NCBI GenBank assembly: GCA_051362555.1
Contig: CM120643.1
Span: 25,238,848 to 25,302,847 of the forward strand
Direction of reading: 5' to 3'
DNA: 64,000 nucleotides
Source: Lingula anatina
Lineage: Eukaryota > Animalia > Brachiopoda
In this document: positions 10,701 to 20,800 of the stretch, piece after piece
How positions within the stretch are numbered: position 1 is the first letter of the stretch
How the letters are laid out: the number at the start of each line of letters is the position of its first letter
Notes under the pieces: model-generated
Seen by the model: only the letters and a program-made list of their open reading frames with translations
Database searches by the model: none
Told to the model about the DNA's origin: nothing
Translations under genes and position numbers: made by a program

Positions 10701-10906
10701 CGAAACGAATTTCTTATCTATTTTCTAGCGACTTTGAAATGGTTCAAATGTGCGCGCCTCTTACCGCCTCGGGTGGGTCGTGTCTTGCCAGTGTCGCTTC
10801 GAAGCGCCGCCTTTCGTGTCCGTGTGCCGAGGGATTGAAGTGCGTAGTGGATCTGAACAGATTTGTGTCCTTCATAAGTCCATCCGGTACTTGTCGAGAG
10901 GCGTAA
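7792..10906 (+). CDS. Secreted prokineticin/astakine-like (colipase-fold) 10-cysteine peptide, 3 exons, ~100 aa
   Basis: Exons 7792-7833 (GC donor CAG|GCAAGT; alternative GT donor after 7842), 10179-10261 and 10729-10906, with compatible phases 0 and 2. Product: MKLLFGMGTLFLIQAVFA/EFGEACTNDDDCAPDQCCRLKRAGDFEMVQMCAPLTASGGSCLASVASKRRLSCPCAEGLKCVVDLNRFVSFISPSGTCREA*. TATA-like TATATAAAA at ~7677; AATAAA at ~10998 and ~11082. Confidence 0.85.
8040..8200 (+). mobile_element. Partial HINE/DINE-1-like element, family of 40823-41102
   Basis: Shares GATGAAATTTTCAG, TTAGATTTTGG and a 3' GGCGGTGGTCTGCGC motif with the 40823 element. Confidence 0.5.
8204..8990. repeat. Local patchwork duplications
   Basis: 8204-8432 matches 8627-8850; 8470-8627 matches 9872-10027; a ~100-bp unit occurs twice, at 8795-8890 and 8893-8985. 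Confidence 0.85.
8780..9520 (+). repeat. Dispersed repeat carrying two tRNA-like Pol III promoters, copy 2
   Basis: First cassette: A box TGGCTCCGTGG 9046-9056, B box GGTTCGAGACC 9097-9107, T-run 9126-9133. Second cassette: A-like CGGAGCAGTCGG 9212-9223, B box AGTTCGAATCC 9287-9297. Confidence 0.8.
10266..10317. repeat. (GT)n(GA)n microsatellite
   Basis: Direct inspection; lies right after the exon-2 donor of the prokineticin-like gene. Confidence 0.9.
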
Positions 10907-11856
10907 ACTTCCCTATAATGCATAAATTGCATTTAACTGAGAATGACAAATTATTTAGAAATGTGAATTTTGTCTTTAAATGCAGGCTTTGGATAGCAAT
11001 AAATTGATCTGATGTTGTCTAAAGTATAATTTCTTCAGTTTCATTTTGTAATCAGGTGCTTGTTAGAAAGGAATTTTCGCCAATAAAGAAATGACGAGCA
11101 CGTTTTATTTTGATTGCATCATTTCATAAAAACAAAACAGAAAAAAGCACCTTTAATTTGGATCCTACCTGTTTTGTGAGAAACTGTCCCAGCTTGACAA
11201 AGTTGGTCCAAATAGTTTTTAATTTTCTTCTGCAACGCCTTATTCTCACAAGTGCTCAATTGGGTTAATATCAGAGTTAAAAAGTGCTGTTTGATCCTCA
11301 CAACATAAGATAGAAAAAGATGAAAATTTATTTAGCCAATGATTATATACGAATATAAAAAAATCGAGAATCCACTACACTGCACTCATAAAGATGTTGA
11401 CATTAACTCGCAGAGGTGCGACGAAGTATTATGTTTCTCCGTAATTTTCTGGGTTTGCACACCAGCAATTGCTTTTAATTAAAACTCTAATAAAGAAGTT
11501 GGTAGCCTAATAACTCGGGACATACATAAATTCCCTGGTCTTAAAATTGTGCTTTTTTATTTTTTGCTATAAATATATGTATGAGTGTGACATAACATTG
11601 CTAACACCCTAAAGAAACAGAGAACTCTTATATCAAAAGAGAAACACATTTCTTTGTATATACATGTAGCGTCCTAGCATATAAGAGATGGGTTAAGGGA
11701 TGGTGTCGTTATTTGCATTGGAGTGATAATAATTGTCCACATTTATAATTCATAATGAATTCCTATATATTTAATGTGTTCAATATTAGGGGACTGATCA
11801 ATGGAAACATTGTCAACATTTTGCCATCACTTGTTGTTTTCCTCTGTGTATCTACC

Positions 11857-14800
11857 TCACTGCATGAACAGCAGCAGAACAATCAAGCCATTGAGAATGG
11901 TCACCATGGTAACGCATGTGGTTTCATCGGCAGACGACACAGACCCCAGAGTGGTTGAAGCAGTGGTTGGCGCAGTGGTTGAGTTGGTTGGAGGGCAGGA
12001 TGCCTTCGGTAACTGGTATGGTGTGCTGATCTGAAGGGTTTGGATGTGGGTCCACTAGAATAAATAAGTAAATATTTTTTTCACGCTCATATATCACCTG
12101 TATCTCTGAGTTCTTTATCGCTGGTTGCAAAGAATGACGTAGTGTGTGTGTGCGTGTGTGTGCACGCGCGCGCGTGAACGTGTACGCGACAGTGCTTTTT
12201 ATGTTTTTACGGGCGTGACCATGTACTAGAAATCGCGCATTTTAAATGCCACATGTTATTTATCATCATAGTCATATACTATCATTTACGGTTCTTGTAA
12301 AGAAATCAACCCTGTGTTTTGACGAAGTTTTATAGATCCAGCTTACAACAGTGGGTCCCAGAATCGATGTTCATGTTCTGTATATACAGTATGTTTGAAA
12401 ATATACCACTGCTTGATATCCAGTGATAAAACGTAACCCAATCGATCTCGAATGATGTGATTTTTTCTTCAGTCAACAGCTAATATTGAGATAGGTTTTA
12501 CCTCCAATATTTCGATGTCTATCAGGACATCTTCTTCAGGGAATGAGGCTACCCAGGTGAACAGCCTCTACTCAGGAGATGTACTTGCCCCCCCCCCCCC
12601 TCCTATTGTCTTAGGAAAGGGGGGGGGGTAAAGGTCAGGGAGGATGGCACCATCATTTCTGTTGAGACTGGCCCCTGTCTTTTTGATTAGGATGGATTCT
12701 AGGACTTTTTTTGTAATTTTCCCTTGGTTCACTGTCAATCACCTTGATTTTGTCGATTATAGGACCATATGATGCTTTATGTCCGGATTGTTCCTCATGC
12801 TGGCTTAATGCTGACTTGCTGTCTCTATTGTTGACCGATTTTTGGTGTTCAGCTATTCTCTCTGATCTTCCCGTTTCACCTACATATTTCTCACCACACC
12901 CTCACATTCCATTTCATAGACAACTCCACACTTTTTATTGTTGTCTAATGGGTCTTTGGGACTTACTACTGCATTCCGGATGGTTAACCCTGCTTTGCTG
13001 TACAAGTTAATGTTGTATTTTTTAAATGTCCGTTGTAAGCGTTCCGAGACCCCCCTGGTGTAAGGTAATACAATGACTTGTTTTTTTCTCTTTTTTGTAA
13101 CTGTTCTGAGCTGTGGTATGGACACTTCTTTGTTTTTGTTTCTTTCCCATCTTTTCTCCTTCTTTTAATGCCCATTCCGGATATCCGCAATTTCTCAGAG
13201 CTCGTTTCACCTTTTCTTTTTCAATCGCCTGTGTCTCTCTCCCCCCTAAGACAATGGGGGAGGGGGGGCAAGTATATCTCCTGAGTAGAGGCTATTCACC
13301 TGGATAGCCTCATTCCCTGAAGAAGAGGAGGTCCTGATAGACATCGAAATATTGGAGGTAAAACCTATCTCAATATTAGCTGTTGACTGAAGAAAAAATC
13401 ATTCTTATAACTAACACAGCTGATAAAATTCTTCTTCAATCGATCTCACCTTTGAAAATCCATGATTGCCAGTACAGTACAGTTGTCGAGTGACATTCAT
13501 TTCAAGAGCTTGAAAGGCTTGGCGAGTTGCAGGGTCATGCCAGTTCACCATGTTTTCCATGACATACTCAAATTTCTTTCCTCTGTGTTGGGACGGCTCT
13601 TGAACAACCACGGTGAAGCCAAAGTTTCTGGACCTGTAAACGTATTCAAAGGCATTCAAAAGAATTTTTCAGCGCAAGCAATCAAAGCTGAGTGAAATTG
13701 GTAAGACACAGTCAAAACAATGAGTAATAATAAATTAAGTACCATCTGATGACACGCTTATTGTGAACCTTCACCACAAATTAAGTCACTTACGATGCAG
13801 TAACCTGTGGGGCTATCTTGATCAGCTCCGACTGCAGCGACCCGCTTACGCAGGTCGTCAGGTTGACACGTGGGTAGTACATCATGAACCCAATGCACAT
13901 TTCCTCATTAGTACTAAATCCACCCTAAAATGTGAGACTAGGGTAATTAATTAATAACCAATTCCAATTAAAACCCCAATAAACTAAGCAAAACCAGTAT
14001 CGTGGGCTACAGAGTTACCTTTTCAGACTTGCCATACACGTTTCCCAAATTAGAATCTCTGTCACATACAGGTCTGTAGGCAGCAATTTCAAAGGGAGTC
14101 GGGGTGTATTTTTCTTTTTTACCCCTTAAGTTGATCCAAACAGAGATATATCACAGAGCGTATATCAAATTTAATAAATTTAGAACGGACTTTTCCTGAT
14201 CGAATGGCGGTTTTTCCACAATGAAACAATGCAGAAATAATTCTTCAACGACATTTTTTCACAGGTATACATGTAGGTTAGAATAGTCTTTGAATCGGGT
14301 GGGTCTCCGCTTATATTGCAGTGATTCTATACAGGCAGAGACCCATAATTATATATAACAAACCTATATAATTATATATAACAAACCTATGACCACCCGA
14401 AGGCTTTTATAATGTCCAACAAATGGGTGAATGTATTTTGATGATCCTGGCAAATTATGTCAAATTATTATCAGAATGCATTTCAGGTTTTTTTTTCTAC
14501 AGCCAATCTATTGTCCCATTTTTTGTGGACCTTACCCATGTTACAGTGGTTCTGTCGCTGCTCTTGAATCTACAGTAGGCTACCAAGTCATCGCTCTGAA
14601 ACAAATAGATTAAGAGTACAATGCAATTGGAATAGGCAATATTCCCATTGTTCTATGTTAAATAAAACGCATACTATACACTGTACTTTACGGTACATGT
14701 CATTACCACTTGCTCAAACACATTTCAGAAAAACAGGTCATAAATTAAAACATATCTCTAAGCAGATCAGTACAGGGGAATAGTCTGAAAAGTTTGTTTT

Positions 14801-17800
14801 ATAGGCCCCAGTTTGCCCTGCATTTTCGTGGACATCTTATTCTAAATCCACCTCCAACATCAGCATTGGTTGGTTTTGCTTTTTAATACAAACTCTCATC
14901 TTATTTTCTGGTTAAGAAGTGGCCATAGCCGATATGAGTTTCTTTCCGCCTAGCTTACACTAAACGGTAAGATAATAAACCTAAAAACATGAATTATCTG
15001 TTGAAATATATGATATATAAACGCACCGACAGGACGGTTACGGGTTCAGTAAAATATCTGTACTCCTGAAAGTTGAAATCGTAGTTTTCGTCGTATGCAA
15101 TGTACGGAAGTTCTGTTCCGTTCCGGAAGTGACGCATGTAAATGGCAGTTCCCGCCAAATGTGTGTGGAGGAAGGTACTAAACACTTTTATACCTTGTGG
15201 CACGTTTTCTAAAGCCTGAAATTGAAATGAAATAAAGAAAATAGCGTGGTCTTATGTATGTGGGTTTTGATAAGCAATGATTGACATTTAGTTTTAGTTG
15301 TGCAAAGTGTGCCTACATTTTGCCATCATTTGCCTTTCTTACGAGAAGTATATATTAACTTATAGACCTAGCATCTCCTACTCAACCAAATGAATGCTAT
15401 TCTACTCAGTTGTGATTATGAATCCCTTAAGTTGTTTCCCTGTTATTGGTGATATTGAAAAACTATCCCAATATACATGTAAGTACATGTAGCTAAACAT
15501 TAGTATACATCTACATTAATCAATTCTGCTTCTGCGTACACTTTGTAAGCAACCGGAGCACTGTCCCCAAGTATAAAACTCGTCATAGTATGGCGGAATG
15601 ACATAATTCTTATAGGTTAGTGCGCCTATTTCCAAAACTCCTGCGTCATACTGGCGGCGGCGTGGAATAAAGGTAAAACGAACGCCAGATGAATCAACAT
15701 AATCTGTAAGGAAAATAAAAAAGTTGAATGCAGTGGGATAAAATTAGATATAAAATCATTGATCTTGATGTTTTAAATCTAGACTTACATTTTTTGGGTT
15801 CTCAATCCACTGATAGACTCAAAAACTATACTCATGTGAAATATACATGCAGGACCGGATGACCATTGTACGCAAAATGAAGACAAACCCTAACCAAGGA
15901 CAATAATATGTCCCCAAACTAACATGCCAAAAACTGATATTAGCTAGACATGTTTTGCAGTAATTTGTTCATGGTGCTGGTTAAACCCGACAGACACGTA
16001 CAATAACGTAAAATAAAAAAAAAATCGACTAGAATTATGAGTTACACATACATGACCCACGTTATGATAAAGAAGATATTAACAGGTCGTAAACATACTG
16101 AATCATCTCACGTCTGTTTTTGTTAATAAAATGGTGAAACAGATCAGAAACAGATCAGAATATCACAAAATTTTATTGATAACAACTTGAAACGCAGACT
16201 GGTCGGAGGTGTCGTTAAACCTAAACTTACCATTTCTTAGACCTGGGTTGTCATAGTGAGTTTCAACATAAAGGAAGGTGGGATCGCCTTCACCCCCAAA
16301 AGGTAAGCCAACATTTTCTGGATACACCTGAGCCTGTAATCTCAGATAAGTTGAATGAATCGATAAGTTGACTGATTTGGCAATTGCCTTATTCATTGCA
16401 TGCGCAAGAAGCATTGTCAACGAAAGATAATTTAATATGAAACTATAAAATCGCTCAGAGCAGGCCTCCATCAAGAAAAATAATTATCTATCTAACAATA
16501 ACTATAACCATTTATTAATAAATAGATCGTCACCAAGATCTAATCACTTAAAAGTTGGACTGTAGCTGACCTTTCCTAAAATTTTATCAAAATAACCATT
16601 TCTATAACTTTTTGAGTTAAGCTGGCAACGAACAAACAAATAGAAGTGAAAATACACTGTATATCCTTGGCGGAGGCCTCTAGGTAAAAATGACGATGAT
16701 TTTAAAATTGCAAAATCTGCCAATGCTACGGATATAGGCGTTCCGTATATAGGTACTGATGTAGGTGATATCGGTACTGACCTCTCCCCCCACTGCCCAC
16801 GCCATCAACAGCAGGACACACAACTTGAGATCTGGAGGCATATTGGCCTGAAGGTCACATGCTTCACTGTAATTGGCGTATTGGGTGAAGTTAAACTGAT
16901 GGCTGCAGGCGTACACTACGATGTGGTGTACAAGAGCTTCGTGGCCGACTGGAACTATTGGCTCTCCCTAGAACGTGAGCAATGTTATCTTTAAATATTG
17001 GTCGGCTTTGGTCTCGGCACCTATTGGTTTCACCATTATGTACCTCAGTTCTTACGTGTAATTAAACGTCCCCTCCAAATGTATTTTTATGTTTTAATTA
17101 CGCTTACAATACCTACATAATAATATGTTACAGCCGTAATTGCTATACTACAAAGGGGGCCATTGATACGAAAATACTAGAAGAATCCAAGCGGTACCGA
17201 TACTTTTTTTAAATCATTTAGAGCCTAAATAAGTTACATCTTGTATCGTTTTTTTTTACTCATTTTTCTTTGTTAAATCACAAGTGCATATATAATTTGC
17301 ATAAGACAAATCGATTAAAAGACCTGCAGTACAAGAGAAATGCACTTAAACGTCCGAAAAAAAAAACAAAAAAAAAACGACGTCGGTATATTATTTTATG
17401 TTTTTAGGTTTCCCGTCATGAAGAACGGCTACGTACCTTTATCATATGATGGACCTCAGGAAAACTGGGCAGCGTGAAGCCTGAACACCAATATGTAGTG
17501 TCAGAAGTTGAAGGTACACGGACCTGGAAGTTAAGTACCTCATATTGTAAAAAATGTTCGATCGTGTTGATCTATAGGTGCTATTCAGATTGACCCAACT
17601 GTGCGGAGGATTCTCTCTAAGTACAATCAAAGGAATCAGCTTAAATGTCTGATACGGCAGCTAGGGGGTAGTTAACGATGGTTTCAACTGAAGGCACGAG
17701 CTACCATTACTCATAAAACTGATTTACCTTATTGTGTACAAATTCCATGGTATACGCATCGCTCGGTATAGTGACGGTTTTAACTGGGTTATCAGCGGGC

Positions 17801-20800
17801 TCCAGAAGAAACATGCTCTTCGCTCCACGGTTCACGTTCCCATGATACAGAAGATTCGTCTCAGCCACTGGGTCTGAATCGTGGTAAGCCCATATGACGC
17901 GCATGGTATTTTGCTTAACATGAAAATAAAAATCACATAACATACGTCAAAGGGCGATGGCAATATGATATTTTACACTGGCGGAATTCGGATGTCGAAA
18001 AGAATGAAAAACATTTTTGTCGCCCCTTGCCCTCCCTAACTCTGCCATTTTTCGCACAGGTACGTAGAACTAGGGTGAGGGGTCCGCCCTTCTTGTTGCA
18101 AAACAAAATAGATTTAACCGCAGTGGTTTTCAACAAGAAGAAAAATGCCAGACCCAACTCCTTATAAAAATTTCATATCCACCAGAGTTCAATTTATTTT
18201 CGAAGAAGAATTACCCCTTTGATTTGTGTTTTGGCAAATTTTCTGTACGATTTTGTTTGTTTTCTGAGCCTCTCTCTCTCTCTAGCCAAGTATTCATGTT
18301 TGCTATTACTCACTGTTATCTCGTTGTCCTTACTATCGCACGTGACCAGTTTACGTCTAAAAAGTAAAGTCGTAAAAGTGCCGTTCTCACTGCCGGAGAT
18401 TAGCTCCACGTCTTGGCTGTCGTCGACAGATGGCTCTTGGGTCGCAGTGGCATATCGGTCCTGAGCATTTTTGGAAAAAAAATTGTAAATGTGTACTTGC
18501 ATATGTTTACGTCAATACTGTCAAAATTTGTTCGATATTAGTGATGATTCTTTTGAAAACGTGCAATTATGGTGGATAGTTTCAGATGGGAAAAAGCCAC
18601 TGAGTTCTCCAAATGCATGTATTAAGTTGAATAAAAGGTATTTTACGACCGACCCTTTGTTTGCAAGGTGGAATTTGGTCAAGTTACAAGAGCACATTAT
18701 AAATTTTGTACGTCGTACATAAATTTCATAAATTGTCGAGGGGCCAACTTCCTTCGAAGTTCGTGAACTAGCCCGTCCCCCACCCCTTCCCCCCAAGTAT
18801 TGGTAGGCCTACAGTTGTATGACACATGAGACGTACACGTCTTTATTGTCAGAAAACTGACTGCTACTGTTTTATATAGTCTAAGGTCAGGGAAGACTAC
18901 AAATTAAGTTTGGTTTTAAATTTTGGATTTAGTTCTTTTGTAATCTCTTCGAATTCCCGACAGAGTAAACAACAGACTGACGTAAATGTTCCTTTGCGCA
19001 TGGAAAAAGTTATTATGCCCAAGCTTTGCGCAACACTGCACCTGTATTCTAAGCCTATTTGTTAGCTCCCGCTGTTAGTTCGTGTTCTCTTCGCACTTGA
19101 GCATTATAACCGAGTCACCTGAGAGTGAAGGGAGATCGAGAGATTTGAAACATGAGAGGTACAAACAACTTTTAAGAGCAGTCTCAACAGCTGACAATCC
19201 ATTTCAGGTATGACAATCCATTTCAGGCACGTTCAGCAATTTCAAAATGAGGGTCTTTTTTTCCGCACGAAACCTTCGTCTACCTAGAAAAATTTACTAA
19301 GAGCAGACCGTTTTTTTCCTGCAAAAAAGGGCGGTTCGTTCGATCATTTATTTCGGTGTCCATTGGAAAAAGGGAGTTTATTTTTAATTCGTCTAAATAT
19401 TATTAACAATATTTTTATATTAAACAATATATAAGATTTAAAATCTACCAGTAAATTCTAATAAAGCACATTCTTTAACCTGTTGACGGTAAAGCTAACC
19501 TCAAACACCCCGTTGATGAATTGCAATGCGGCTTGTCCTGGAAGCTATTAGACTAATAGTATCGAACAAGAGTGTATTACCCTTTTCACTGATACGAATC
19601 TTGTAACTTTTATCTGACTCTGAGGTTTACTTCTAGTTATTCAGGCTACTGTTCGCGGTTATAATCGGAAATCAGATAGCATCACGGAACTTTGCTGAAA
19701 GATGTTTTCGATCGAAATGTGGTCGCTCGTGAGATTGCAACCCTCCGTTCACGTTAACTGCAACTAGCCTTCAAGAAGTTGTTCCACGTCGTCACGACCG
19801 CTGTATTGCAGTGTATTGCGCTTTTCAGTCACACCCTAGACTGAGTGCGTGACGCCCTGCATGGAAATTTGTACCTACAGTCCATTCTAAACAGCTGTAA
19901 TTTATAAACTCAGAGAATTGTGGTATTCATAGAGCTCTAAGTGCCATTCGTCGCTGCGTTCAAATGTCGGGTATTGTTCGGCAAGTTCTTTATCTTCATT
20001 TATCGGGTGTACCTATCTGATGTTCAAGAGAGAAGGCACATTGACTCTAAAGACTTTGTTTTTCATTTAGTTGAACAATAGAACACCATAGTGGGTTATT
20101 TATGGACTAAGGTAAATGTGGAATCACAATAGTCAAAACTAGGAATTCAAGATGTAAGTAACTAAAATAAACCCCTGAAGTATTGGAGGTGCTACTAGTG
20201 AAGGATTGGCTATTAGTGAATGTATACCTGAACATTACTTTGAGAACAGAGGTTGGTTTTGTGCCTGTCACAAGATTTCCAGGCTCCAGCAGTTACTGTT
20301 CTCAACAAGGAGCAAGAAGACCAACACCTGCCAGTTCTGTGACAAGAACACCATAACGTATACCTGCAGAAACCATGCAAAAAGTTATAAACTAAGTGGA
20401 GAGCAACAATACAAATGCAGATCATGTGAAAGGGGATTAAATAACAGAAACAACTACTTAAGAAATGACAGGAGGGAAGTGACCATCCATGAGTCAGTGT
20501 TGTAAAAAGGAACAAAATGGCTCACACTGGAGAAAAGCCATTCAAATGCCAGTATTGTGAAAAGAGTTTTGGTGTTAAAAAGAGCTGTATACATCATGAA
20601 CGGATCCACACTGGAGAAAAACCCTTCAAATGCCAGTATTGTGAAAAGAGATTTATTGTCAGACCTAGTTGTAAACAACATGAAAGGACCCACACTGGAG
20701 AGAAACCCTTCAAATGCCAGTATTGTGAAAAGAGATTCACTGTTAAATGGAGTTGCATACAACATGAAATGAACCACACTGGAGAAAAACCATTCAAATG

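Larger units (their letters stand above)
12458..13401 (-). mobile_element. Penelope-like element fragment (GIY-YIG endonuclease end) with inverted terminal pLTR copies
   Basis: Frameshifted minus-strand peptides: LRNCGYPEWAL, VIVLPYTRGVSERLQRTFKKYNI, KDPLDNNKKCGVVYEMEC, then YVGETGRS-like. About 155 bp of inverted repeat at 12458-12615 and 13245-13401. Lies in MOXD1 intron 11. Confidence 0.88.

Noticed and set aside
10750-11007. ORF-track 85-aa peptide MRASYRLG...
   Set aside because: Wrong frame; the Cys-patterned frame starting at 10730 is the coding one.
17600-17700. Apparent MOXD1 exon (LVPSVET...YQTFKL)
   Set aside because: It would need a 27-nt intron and a frameshift, and it matches the palindromic element arm. 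The real exon 4 (17437-17523, TTYWC) fits perfectly.
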